DNA of 60,719 nucleotides from a virus: IMG/VR virus record IMGVR_UViG_3300045988_085035; one strand, 5' to 3'. Shown piece by piece: positions 17,854 to 26,276 of this stretch (position 1 is its first letter; each line of letters starts with the position of its first letter). The notes under the pieces were generated by a model. It saw only the letters and a program-made list of their open reading frames with translations, ran no database searches and was not told where the DNA came from. The position numbers and the translations under genes were made by a program.

Positions 17854-18027
17854 AGGCGGAAAGCTAATTCAGCTGTTAGCTTGAGCATTAAATGAGGCTA
17901 AGTAACAGATGTGGCTGATAGAAAAAGGCAAGCGTATCTAATCTCGGTTACGCGCGCCCGCGAAAAGTTAGATTTGAGAGAGGTCAGAACAATGATGGTG
18001 AAGAACATGTCCAAGGAGGCTAAAACA

Positions 18028-18333
18028 ATGAGAGAAAGCACAATCGAAAACAAGTTCAGAAAAGCAGTAGAGGCGACAGGAGCGCGGTGCCTTAAATTTG
18101 TAAGTCCCGGATTCGTCGGAGTCCCGGACAGAATTATTCTGTTGCCCGGTGGCACCGTACTCTTTGCAGAGCTGAAAGCACCGGGCAAGACAGAACGGGT
18201 GAGGCAGGAGTACGTGCAGGGCATTCTCCGAAATATGGGGTTTACCGTGTTCTCATCGGTCAATACGGACGAGCAGATTCTGGAGATTACCCACAAGTGC
18301 AGGGAGGTTATAAGGAATGCCAAAAGAGTTTAA
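18028..18333 (+). CDS. VRR-NUC domain nuclease
   Basis: ENKFRKAVEATGARCLKFVSPGFVGVPDRIILLPGGTVLFAELKAPGK has the VRR-NUC D...E-x-K core. Start moved to the ATG at 18028 after AAGGAGG, because the ORF-track start at 17911 has no SD. Confidence 0.8.
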   Translation: MRESTIENKFRKAVEATGARCLKFVSPGFVGVPDRIILLPGGTVLFAELKAPGKTERVRQEYVQGILRNMGFTVFSSVNTDEQILEITHKCREVIRNAKRV

Positions 18334-19708
18334 ACCACACAGTTATCAGGCATATAGTATTCAGAGGATGATCGACACGCCGTACATTGGTGCTTTTCTG
18401 GACATGGGACTTGGTAAAACGGTCATTACCCTGACAGCGCTACACGAATTAAAATACTACCGGTTCTGCATCCGAAAAGTGCTGATTATTGCACCGAAGA
18501 AAGTAGCTGAAAGCACCTGGACAAAAGAGAGGGATAAGTGGGAGCACTTAAAGGCTCTCAGAATATCCGTGGTACTTGGGCCAGAGAAAAAGCGCATGGC
18601 GGCATTAGAAGAACCGGCAGACATTTATATTATCAATCGTGAAAACACAAAATGGCTGGTTGATCTATATCAGCACGACTGGCCATTTGATGTTGTCGTA
18701 CTGGATGAGAGCAGTTCCTTCAAGAATCATCAGTCACAGCGATTCAAGGCATTAAAAGCAATCAGACCTCGAATTAACCGCCTGATTGAGTTAACCGGTA
18801 CACCAAGCCCGAAAGGGCTGATAGACCTCTGGGCGCAGATCTACTTGCTGGACGGAGGGAGACGTCTGGGAAGAACGATATCCGTATACCGCGAAATATT
18901 CTTTGTACCAGATAAGAGAAACCGTACAACCATTTTCTCCTACGCTCTAAAAGATGGGGCAGACGAAGAAATATACAGGAATATTTCAGACATTTGCATC
19001 AGCATGAAAGCAGAAGACTATTTAGAGCTTCCAGAGTGCATCTATGATGATATTCCTGTACAGCTTGACGCGAAGGCACGGGATGCGTATTTACGGCTGG
19101 AGAGGGACATGCTGTTGGAATTGGACGAAGAAGACCTCATAACAGCAAACACTGCTGCCTCACTGACAGGGAAGCTGTTACAGCTCTGTAATGGTGCTGT
19201 GTATGATGAGGATGGTGAAGTGGTTCCGGTACATAACTGCAAGATCGAGGCGCTGTTGGAAACAATTGAACAGTTACACGGACAGCACACGATTATTTAC
19301 TATCACTTCAAGCATGATCGTGATAGAATCACAGAGGCACTTTCTAAGACTGGTTTGCGCGTCAGAGTATATCAGGATGCACAAGAGGAAAATGACTGGA
19401 ATGAGGGCAAAATAGACGTGCTGTTAGCCCAGCCAAGCAGTTGCGGGTATGGGCTTAATCTTCAGGACGGTGGCCACCATATAATCTGGTTTGGGCTTAC
19501 CTGGAATCTGGAGGAATATCAACAGGCAAATAAGCGACTTCACAGACAGGGGCAGCAGTATCCGGTTATCATTCACCGGCTTATTGCGCAGAACTGTACA
19601 GATGAGGACGTGATCCGGTCATTAGAGGGAAAAGAGAACATACAGGAGAGCTTGCTTAATGCGTTAAAGGTCCGCATTGCACGGATAAAAGAGGAGAGAA
19701 AAATATGA
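18317..19708 (+). CDS. SNF2-family helicase
   Basis: Motif I DMGLGKT; motif II VVLDESSSFKN; motif VI QANKRLHRQGQ. Confidence 0.9.
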   Translation: MPKEFKPHSYQAYSIQRMIDTPYIGAFLDMGLGKTVITLTALHELKYYRFCIRKVLIIAPKKVAESTWTKERDKWEHLKALRISVVLGPEKKRMAALEEPADIYIINRENTKWLVDLYQHDWPFDVVVLDESSSFKNHQSQRFKALKAIRPRINRLIELTGTPSPKGLIDLWAQIYLLDGGRRLGRTISVYREIFFVPDKRNRTTIFSYALKDGADEEIYRNISDICISMKAEDYLELPECIYDDIPVQLDAKARDAYLRLERDMLLELDEEDLITANTAASLTGKLLQLCNGAVYDEDGEVVPVHNCKIEALLETIEQLHGQHTIIYYHFKHDRDRITEALSKTGLRVRVYQDAQEENDWNEGKIDVLLAQPSSCGYGLNLQDGGHHIIWFGLTWNLEEYQQANKRLHRQGQQYPVIIHRLIAQNCTDEDVIRSLEGKENIQESLLNALKVRIARIKEERKI

Positions 19709-20103
19709 CAGTAAAAGAATTATCACAGCTGTACCATTTAAACAGAGAGATTGAAGCGTATCAGAGGCACTTGGCAGAACTGGAATGGTCAGCTGTTCCA
19801 GGCTCTCCAGTGATATCGGATATGCCGACAGGATCACATAGCAATAACAGCAAAGTGGAAGAACTGGCGGCAGAAATTACGGATCTGAAAGCGATCATAG
19901 CAGCCAAACAGATTCAGTGCATTCATGAAAGACAGAGATTAGAGAGGTACATAGCCACTATTCCTGACAGCCTTACCAGATCCATATTTGAATTGCGGTT
20001 TGCCAATGGCTTACCGTGGCGCCAAGTGGCCGCAAGTCTGGGCGGTGGAAATACCACAGACGGGGTGAAGAAACGGTGCTACAGATATCTGGATCACGAA
20101 TAG
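19705..20103 (+). CDS. Sigma-70 region-4-like transcriptional regulator (DUF1492/RinA/ArpU-type late activator candidate)
   Basis: N-terminal coiled coil, then IPDSLTRSIFELRFANGLPWRQVAASLG, an HTH resembling sigma region 4. It is the last gene before the packaging region. Confidence 0.55.
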   Translation: MTVKELSQLYHLNREIEAYQRHLAELEWSAVPGSPVISDMPTGSHSNNSKVEELAAEITDLKAIIAAKQIQCIHERQRLERYIATIPDSLTRSIFELRFANGLPWRQVAASLGGGNTTDGVKKRCYRYLDHE

Positions 20104-20145
20104 ATCGTGCTTCTGTGATGTGTGTATGATGTAAAAATCGTAAGT

Positions 20146-20172
20146 TGTCCCCGAATGTCCCTTTTATGTCCC
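20146..20172 (+). promoter_or_regulatory. Three phased TGTCCC direct repeats
   Basis: TGTCCC at 20146-20151, 20156-20161 and 20167-20172 (spacings 10 and 11 bp), in the 245-bp gap after the regulator gene. Confidence 0.4.
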
Positions 20173-20284
20173 GCCTGTGTATGGTAATGTTTAAGGTGGA
20201 TTATTTTAAAAGCATTGGCCTCCTATGTTCGTGGCTTTTCAGTCTCGATTCTTTTTGCTCAGTGTTATCATAATCCGCAAAAAA

Positions 20285-20324
20285 GCTGTCTCAGTTTTGT
20301 CCATGAAACTGGGGTGGCTTTTTT
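20285..20324 (+). terminator. Intrinsic terminator
   Basis: GCTGTCTCAGTTT-8 nt loop-AAACTGGGGTGGC (with G-U pairs) followed by T6. Confidence 0.55.
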
Positions 20325-20348
20325 AATACAAAAGTATGGAGGCAGAAA

Positions 20349-20936
20349 ATGTATAAAACACAAAGAAACTATGAGAACTTAAATAAGGCTATATTTGATG
20401 GTACGGGGCAGTATGGGATTCCGGTTATACAGGCAACAGATTACAAGGCTGACAACTGGATAGGCTTTAATTATGCAAAAGGGTGTGAGGAACCTGAAAT
20501 ACATGGTGTTCACTTCTTTTTGGATGATTACCAGTTTATCCGCGTGTGGTCGCAGCCAGATGTGTACCTGAATATGCTTCAGAAATTCCAGGCAGTATGC
20601 ACACCTGATTTTTCATTGTATACGGACTTCCCACGTGTGATCCAGATATACAACCATTATCGGAAGCACTGGTTAGGTGCTTACTGGCAGATGCACGGTA
20701 TCCGTGTGATACCTACAATATGCTGGAGCGACGAAGACAGCTTCGAGTGGTGTTTCGATGGAGAACCAATTGGCAGCACTGTAGCAGTGTCCAGTGTGGG
20801 AACGCAGGTCAACAAAGAGGCAGGGCACCTTTTTAAAGCTGGATATGAGGAAATGCTAAGACGGCTAAGACCGAAAGAAATCATCATGTATGGGAACATC
20901 CCAGAATGGTGCGAGGGCAACATCATACCTGTATGA
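20349..20936 (+). CDS. DUF4417 domain protein
   Basis: VHFFLDDYQFIRVWSQP...CTPDFSLYTDFP...YNHYRKHWLGAYWQMHGIRVIPTICW matches the DUF4417 signature as I recall it. Confidence 0.65.
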   Translation: MYKTQRNYENLNKAIFDGTGQYGIPVIQATDYKADNWIGFNYAKGCEEPEIHGVHFFLDDYQFIRVWSQPDVYLNMLQKFQAVCTPDFSLYTDFPRVIQIYNHYRKHWLGAYWQMHGIRVIPTICWSDEDSFEWCFDGEPIGSTVAVSSVGTQVNKEAGHLFKAGYEEMLRRLRPKEIIMYGNIPEWCEGNIIPV

Positions 20937-20996
20937 GCCTTCCAAGAGAAGTTCCGAAGACAGTCTTTGACCGAAGAGAAGTGAGGTGTTACAATA

Positions 20997-21734
20997 ATGG
21001 GAGGTAGAGGCGGCTCTAGTGGTTTTACGGGAAGCACAGCAGCAACGCCGCAGTTCGGTAATAACGTGCTGAGTCCGCAGGATGCGCAGGACTTTAAAAC
21101 CCTGTCAGACTACATGAAGAATACTCACAATATAACAATGGGTAAATCGTTGCAAAACCTTGAATTTAAGACCACACAGCACGTTGCTTCGACAGTTGAT
21201 GATCTGGCTAAGGAATTTCCGCAGGCCGTTGATTCAATCAAAAAGATACAGGCACATGGCGCGCCTAAGGGGTCCTATGCGTGTGCGTCATACGATGGTG
21301 AGCTGAGACTGGGTAACTATTTTAAATCATTCCCTGACTTTAATCGGTCATTTAAACATTCTGTGAAAACTGGATTCCATCCCGCAGGATCTAACCCAGT
21401 GGACGCGGTAGTGTCGCATGAGGCGGGGCACTTGTTGGAACGTGCGTTAATCCGAAAGGCGATAGCATCCGGAAAAGGACAGTTTGGAGGTGCTATGTGG
21501 AATGCATCTACAGAAGCGAAACGGATCGTAAGTCAGGCGTGTAAGGATGTGAAATCTACACCGGGCGGCAAGGGCAGAAAGGTTAATGACCTTATCCGGG
21601 AAGTATCGGGGTACGCTACAAGAAACAGGTCTGAATGCCTGGCAGAGTGTGTATCTGATTACTATTCAAACCGTAGCAATGCGAAACCATTATCTAAAGC
21701 AGTATGGAATCTTTTGAAAAAGGAGCTGGGATAA
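20997..21734 (+). CDS. MGGRGG-leader protein 1 with a C-terminal HExxH metallopeptidase-like domain
   Basis: Starts MGGRGGSSGFTG and contains VVSHEAGHLLE. Its N-terminus is shared with 22101-22880 and 23192-23548. Confidence 0.6.
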   Translation: MGGRGGSSGFTGSTAATPQFGNNVLSPQDAQDFKTLSDYMKNTHNITMGKSLQNLEFKTTQHVASTVDDLAKEFPQAVDSIKKIQAHGAPKGSYACASYDGELRLGNYFKSFPDFNRSFKHSVKTGFHPAGSNPVDAVVSHEAGHLLERALIRKAIASGKGQFGGAMWNASTEAKRIVSQACKDVKSTPGGKGRKVNDLIREVSGYATRNRSECLAECVSDYYSNRSNAKPLSKAVWNLLKKELG

Positions 21735-21911
21735 ATGGAAATGGAGACAAAAGAAGTTCTGGCAAGACTTGAACTGATGAGTAACTGGGTGATTGAGGAC
21801 GAAGATACAGGCGATGTGATTGGACTGAAAGCAGATGCACCGGACAGTATGAAAGCTGAATACGAGAAGTATCTTGAAGAACTACAGTCAACGGAACCGG
21901 TATTGAGATAG
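21735..21911 (+). CDS. Small acidic protein (58 aa, below the ORF-track cutoff); possible cognate inhibitor or immunity protein
   Basis: Its ATG begins immediately after the upstream stop codon (TAA 21732-21734). Hand translation: MEMETKEVLARLELMSNWVIEDEDTGDVIGLKADAPDSMKAEYEKYLEELQSTEPVLR. Confidence 0.4.
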   Translation: MEMETKEVLARLELMSNWVIEDEDTGDVIGLKADAPDSMKAEYEKYLEELQSTEPVLR

Positions 21912-21923
21912 GAGCATAGAACT

Positions 21924-22028
21924 ATGGCAACAAATAAAAATCCGGTCAAGCCTAAAAAGGGTAAGACTACAAAACAGCCACAGAACAATAAAAAGAACAG
22001 AACAAAGCCTGTGTTAAGGGTTGATTAG
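21924..22028 (+). CDS. Very basic 34-aa protein (MATNKNPVKPKKGK...)
   Basis: The SD and start context GGAGCATAGAACTATGGCAACAAA is nearly identical to that of 22901-23122. Confidence 0.4.
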   Translation: MATNKNPVKPKKGKTTKQPQNNKKNRTKPVLRVD

Positions 22029-22053
22029 AAGAGAGCTGAAAAGCTCTCTTTTA
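22029..22053 (+). terminator. Intrinsic terminator ending cassette 1
   Basis: AAGAGAGC-TGAAAA-GCTCTCTT followed by TTT. Confidence 0.6.
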
Positions 22054-22100
22054 TTGTCTTGTAAAATAAAGAACATTTGATATATAATGGGGGTAGAAAA

Positions 22101-22880
22101 ATGGGTGGTAGAGGCGGTTCCAGTGGTTTATCTGCCGGTGGAAGTCCTAACGGACGCGCCGGATCACTGAAAGGGCTTATACAGCAGATAAATAACAATC
22201 AGACTATAAATGGTCCACAATGGATGCATCAGGGCGATTACACTGATGGAAATAACCCGGCATTACTTCAGTACCAGCAGAAAGAGGACGACAAAACTGC
22301 CAACTTCTTAGCAGGTACCGACAATAAAATTGATTTGAATGATCCAGCATACGCAGATGGGTATGTTTATCACGATATCCCGCTGAATAAATTGCTGTTA
22401 CGACTGGGAATCGGAAAAGGGGCTACAGTCCTGTCGGATTCAGACTTTGATGCATATGTCCAGCAGACAGGGCAGCAGGTAATGTACCGAGGATGGGGTA
22501 ATAAAGGTGCGGCAGATAGATTTGTCAATACAACCCACAACCATGTTGGAAATGGGCGGTACGGTGATGGATACTACTTTTCCCCAGATTCGGGAACGGC
22601 GAAAGCTTATTCCGGTGACGGTACAGTAACCAAAATGGCGTTGTCACCGAATGCACGAGTTATCAGTTACAATGACTTGGTATCCAAAATGTCGCAGGTA
22701 AGCAGTAAACTTCAGAACTCATTGAGGCGAACCGGTGGCGGTGGATCTGGGCGTACATTTGCATCTAACAAGGGCGAAGCACAGTACGCATTGAAACTGG
22801 GCTACAATGTTATTGATGTTGGAGGTGGATACCTCTATGGCATTACTAATGACGCATTTGTAGTAAGTAAGAAATATTAA
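22101..22880 (+). CDS. MGGRGG-leader protein 2 with an unassigned C-terminal domain
   Basis: Start moved to the ATG at 22101 so the protein begins MGGRGGSSGLSAG. The C-terminal region contains VMYRGWG and GYYFSPDSG. Its resemblance to ADP-ribosyltransferases is weak. Confidence 0.55.
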   Translation: MGGRGGSSGLSAGGSPNGRAGSLKGLIQQINNNQTINGPQWMHQGDYTDGNNPALLQYQQKEDDKTANFLAGTDNKIDLNDPAYADGYVYHDIPLNKLLLRLGIGKGATVLSDSDFDAYVQQTGQQVMYRGWGNKGAADRFVNTTHNHVGNGRYGDGYYFSPDSGTAKAYSGDGTVTKMALSPNARVISYNDLVSKMSQVSSKLQNSLRRTGGGGSGRTFASNKGEAQYALKLGYNVIDVGGGYLYGITNDAFVVSKKY

Positions 22881-22900
22881 TAATCAGGAGGCATAGAACC

Positions 22901-23122
22901 ATGGCAACAAAAAAGAGAATTGACGAAGCAGCAGAAGCGAGAATCAATGATGCGTATGCAAGAGCAGCTGAAAAGGCTACAGGGATTAAGCCTATGAGTG
23001 ATGATCCTAAGTATAAAGATTTTGGAAAGACTGTAAAAAAGACAACAGCTAAGAAATCTGCTACAAAGAAACCAGCAGTGAAGAAACCGGCAGCGAAGAA
23101 AACTGCCACAAAGAAGAAATAA
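22901..23122 (+). CDS. Lysine/alanine-rich basic protein with a histone-H1-like tail
   Basis: The C-terminus is KKTTAKKSATKKPAVKKPAAKKTATKKK. Its start context is homologous to that of 21924-22028. Confidence 0.55.
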   Translation: MATKKRIDEAAEARINDAYARAAEKATGIKPMSDDPKYKDFGKTVKKTTAKKSATKKPAVKKPAAKKTATKKK

Positions 23123-23136
23123 ACATGATTTTGTTT

Positions 23137-23170
23137 ACCCTCTCCCGAGAAATCAGGCAGAGGGCATTTT
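23137..23170 (+). terminator. Intrinsic terminator ending cassette 2
   Basis: CCCTCT(CC)-loop-(GG)cAGAGGG followed by CATTTTATT. Confidence 0.5.
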
Positions 23171-23191
23171 ATTGTCCGGGAGGGAATGAGC

Positions 23192-23548
23192 ATGGGAGGC
23201 AGAGGTGGAAACAGTGTTTTTACTTCTGGTAACGGCCTGAAAGAATCTGGGCTTGATGTGACATTTCAGGGAGAAACCACAAGATACTACTTTACCAAGA
23301 AAGGTAATGACAATTACTATCAACAGGGTTTCTCAGGAATGCCACAGCCAACGCCCCAGAATATGTCAGCCGCAGAATTTAAACAACGTGTGCTGGCAAA
23401 TGGGGCGGCTGTAAAGGATGTTACAGCAAGCGAGTACAAAGCGGACATGGTTCAACACGGGGTATACAGAAAAGAAATGGATAAATTCCTGAATACTCAG
23501 TGGTATAAAACAGCAGGTCCGCCGCGACATGGCATGAAAGGCCACTAA
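23192..23548 (+). CDS. MGGRGG-leader protein 3 (119 aa)
   Basis: The ATG at 23192 lies 8 nt after GGGAGGG, giving MGGRGGNSVFTSG. The short C-terminal domain has no recognised motif. Confidence 0.5.
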   Translation: MGGRGGNSVFTSGNGLKESGLDVTFQGETTRYYFTKKGNDNYYQQGFSGMPQPTPQNMSAAEFKQRVLANGAAVKDVTASEYKADMVQHGVYRKEMDKFLNTQWYKTAGPPRHGMKGH

Positions 23549-23573
23549 ACAGAAATGAGAGGAGGTGCGCCGC

Positions 23574-24068
23574 ATGGCAGCACAGAAAAAGAACCCGGGC
23601 GGTCGCCCGCCTAAATATACAGATCCGGAGGAACTGAAAGCAAAAATTGAAGAATACTTTAAAATGTGCGAGGGTGAGTTGTTAAGGAATGCAGATAGTG
23701 ATCCGGTTCTTGACCGGTTCCAGCAGCCGATTTTTCTTAATCGAAAGCAGCCGACATCCGCAGGACTGGCAAGAGCCTTAGGCTTTGGATCCCGGAAGAG
23801 TCTGTTTGACTATAAAGGGAAAAAGCAATTTGAGGGAATCATCAAAAACGCAATGCTGTATCTGGAAGAAAAGACAGAAGAGAGACTGTTTGATAAAGAT
23901 GGTGCAAACGGGGCGAAATTCAGTCTGCAGAATAATTTCCGTTGGCGAGACGGAAATAAAGACGATGCAGAGAAAGCACCATCTGTTACTATTATCAACG
24001 ACATCCCGAGAACCGTGCCGGTAAAAGCAGTTCCAGACGGCGAGAGTTCGGATGGCAGCAGTAGTTGA
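23574..24068 (+). CDS. terS: Terminase small subunit
   Basis: The N-terminus AAQKKNPGGRPPKYTDPEELKAKIEEYF is typical of small terminase HTH N-termini. Lies immediately upstream of, and overlaps, the large subunit gene. Confidence 0.7.
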   Translation: MAAQKKNPGGRPPKYTDPEELKAKIEEYFKMCEGELLRNADSDPVLDRFQQPIFLNRKQPTSAGLARALGFGSRKSLFDYKGKKQFEGIIKNAMLYLEEKTEERLFDKDGANGAKFSLQNNFRWRDGNKDDAEKAPSVTIINDIPRTVPVKAVPDGESSDGSSS

Positions 24069-25305
24069 CGGTACCAGGCTATCCGCTGTTATAGCCCCGG
24101 CGTTCTACCCCGTACACTGGGATATTGCGGATGGGCTACACACGTATTATGATTTGTTCGGCGGTCGAGGCTCAACAAAGTCTTCATTTATCGGGACAGA
24201 GATTGTACTGGGAATCATGGAAGACCCGGCAGCGAATGCAGTTATTTTCCGTAAGGTCGGAAATACCATTGGAACCAGTGTGTATGAGCAGATATGGTGG
24301 AGCATTAATGCACTGGGCGTAGAAGACCAGTGGAAGGGCTGTACAAGTCCTTATCGTCTTACATACATACCTACAGGGCAGGTTATTTTATTCAGGGGTT
24401 TGGATAAAGCCAAGAAAATGAAATCTGTCAAAGTGGCAAAAGGGTATATCAAGTATTTGTGGTTCGAGGAACTTGACGAGTTTGCGGGCGAAGAAGAAAT
24501 CCGAAGCGTACAGCAGTCAGTTCTTCGAGGTGGTCCAAAGTTTGTAGTATTCAAGAGCTTCAACCCGCCTATCAGTAAAGCAAACTGGGCGAATAAATAT
24601 GTCATGAAGCCGCACAGAGGCTCATACAGACATAAATCCTGTTATTTGGATGTACCGCCAGACTGGTTAGGAGAACAGTTCTTCAATGATGCAGAAGACC
24701 TTAAAGAAACGAATCCGAGAGCTTATGAGCATGAATACTTAGGCAACGCAGTCGGTACCGGCGGCGAAGTATTTGATAACCTTAATATTCGTGAGATTAC
24801 AGATGCAGAAATCTCTGCATTTGACAGAATCTACATGGGAATTGACTGGGGATGGTATCCCGACCCGTTCCACTGGGGAAAGATGCATTACGACAGTGCC
24901 AGAAAGATTCTGTATATCTTTAATGAGTTCCGAGCGAATAAGATGAGTAATGCGGAAACCTGGAATACTCTTGTAATGACAAAAGGCGTTACTGGTGCAG
25001 ACCTGATTACCGCGGATAGTGCAGAACCTAAATCTATTGGCGATTATAGGGACTATGGTTCTCTCTGTCGTCCAGCCATAAAAGGCCCTGACAGTGTGAG
25101 GTATGGTATGAAATGGCTACAGTCGTTGAAAAGCATTGTCATTGACCCGGTACGGTGCCCGAATACAGCTCAGGAGTTCTCTGAGTATGAATATGAGCGT
25201 ACCCCAGATGATGAGGTAATGAGCAGCTTCCCAGATGCAAACAATCACAGTATTGACTGTATTCGATATGCGATGGAACGTGTATACAAGAGAAAAGGCC
25301 AGTAA
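24052..25305 (+). CDS. terL: Terminase large subunit
   Basis: Walker A FGGRGSTKSS; Walker B LWFEELDEF. The C-terminal nuclease region has IDWGWYPDP and ADSAEPKSI. Confidence 0.9.
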   Translation: MAAVVDGTRLSAVIAPAFYPVHWDIADGLHTYYDLFGGRGSTKSSFIGTEIVLGIMEDPAANAVIFRKVGNTIGTSVYEQIWWSINALGVEDQWKGCTSPYRLTYIPTGQVILFRGLDKAKKMKSVKVAKGYIKYLWFEELDEFAGEEEIRSVQQSVLRGGPKFVVFKSFNPPISKANWANKYVMKPHRGSYRHKSCYLDVPPDWLGEQFFNDAEDLKETNPRAYEHEYLGNAVGTGGEVFDNLNIREITDAEISAFDRIYMGIDWGWYPDPFHWGKMHYDSARKILYIFNEFRANKMSNAETWNTLVMTKGVTGADLITADSAEPKSIGDYRDYGSLCRPAIKGPDSVRYGMKWLQSLKSIVIDPVRCPNTAQEFSEYEYERTPDDEVMSSFPDANNHSIDCIRYAMERVYKRKGQ

Positions 25306-25370
25306 GCAGTTTACGCTGATCCGCCTTTGTGGTATGATGCAGGTATCACCTACACAAAGGAGGGCGGCGT

Positions 25371-26276
25371 ATGCAGAAGGGGAGTATTCGTAAAACTATT
25401 TGTATAGTGGGTATCTTGATTGTATTTCTAACCTGTTCAGTTATATTCGGATCTGACACAGGGGCAATTGCCTTTTTAATTCTTCTATTGATATCAGTAT
25501 CATGGCTGGTAACCCAGTTGATAATGAGGCTTATTAAGTGGTGTATACGGGTGTTGGAAATTAAAGAGCCAGAAACAACAAATAATTCGTTGCAAACAAT
25601 GCGTGAAGCGGTAAAAAATTTGGTTTCCGAAATCAAATCAAAAACCGAAACCATAGAGCAGCCCACTGTACAAGAATCGGTTAAAGTAGAAAAAACTCTG
25701 GATCAGACACCACAAAGTCAACGAACATGTGCGGTTAAAGAGTCCGTAAATTTAGAATCAGTAGAGCCAAAGCCTCAAATGTCAGATGAGCAGATGCATA
25801 CATTTGCAGTAGCATGTAGTGCTTATACTGCTAAAAGAGACTTGGCAGAAATAAGGGAAGAACTTTCCAGAAGCAGGATGGAGGGTGAAGGCCCTAAGCC
25901 AGAAGCAAAAAAGGACTACAGACCCGCACCGAAAAATATAGAAGAGATACTTCTAAATTCCGTAAAAGCTGTACCAAAGGAAACATTTGAACAGTATTGT
26001 GTAATTTGTCTGAGAGGCAGTGCCTTTAAATCTGTTATTAGGACCACGAAGGCAGGTGCTAAGTACGCAAACATTATTGCGTATAAAGATTCCTTGAAAT
26101 ATGCAATTGTATGCGCTCAGAACATAGATAATGAAGCACAGATAATCAAAAATGCAGCGGAAGGAAAAAAGGAGTATTCAGCTGACAAAGCAGTTGTGCT
26201 GTCGCAAGAATATTTCTCTGGGTCAGCAAAAAAGATAGCATCTGAAGCAAATGTTAATCTGTGGGGGCAGGGATGA
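25371..26276 (+). CDS. Moron: two-TM membrane protein with a degenerate Mrr-like restriction-endonuclease-fold C-terminus
   Basis: N-terminal TM helices ICIVGILIVFLTCSVIF and AIAFLILLLISVSWLV. The C-terminus FEQYCVICLRGSAFKSVIRT...ANIIAYKDSLKYAIVCAQN...AVVLSQEYFSGSAKKIASEANVNLW follows the Mrr_cat layout but lacks the usual D...(Q/E)xK residues. Confidence 0.45.
   Translation: MQKGSIRKTICIVGILIVFLTCSVIFGSDTGAIAFLILLLISVSWLVTQLIMRLIKWCIRVLEIKEPETTNNSLQTMREAVKNLVSEIKSKTETIEQPTVQESVKVEKTLDQTPQSQRTCAVKESVNLESVEPKPQMSDEQMHTFAVACSAYTAKRDLAEIREELSRSRMEGEGPKPEAKKDYRPAPKNIEEILLNSVKAVPKETFEQYCVICLRGSAFKSVIRTTKAGAKYANIIAYKDSLKYAIVCAQNIDNEAQIIKNAAEGKKEYSADKAVVLSQEYFSGSAKKIASEANVNLWGQG

Noticed and set aside
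20104-20348. tRNA or small RNA gene in the long intergenic gaps (20104-20348, 29971-30311, 39605-39698, 49158-49475)
   Set aside because: I could not draw a cloverleaf or find conserved tRNA boxes by eye. This is a weak negative, and tRNAscan-SE/Infernal should be run.
22101-22880. Calling MGGRGG protein 2 an ADP-ribosyltransferase toxin
   Set aside because: It has an aromatic-Arg (MYRGW) and a YFS segment reminiscent of the R and S motifs of R-S-E ARTs. I could not find a convincing (Q/E)xE catalytic motif at the expected distance. Left unassigned; an HHpred search would decide.
23785-24024. 79-aa + strand ORF nested in the terS gene, and similar nested same-strand ORFs (for example 28398-28640, 44283-44546, 52207-52395)
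   Set aside because: They are alternative-frame ORFs inside longer genes with recognisable functions. They have no SD and no motif.
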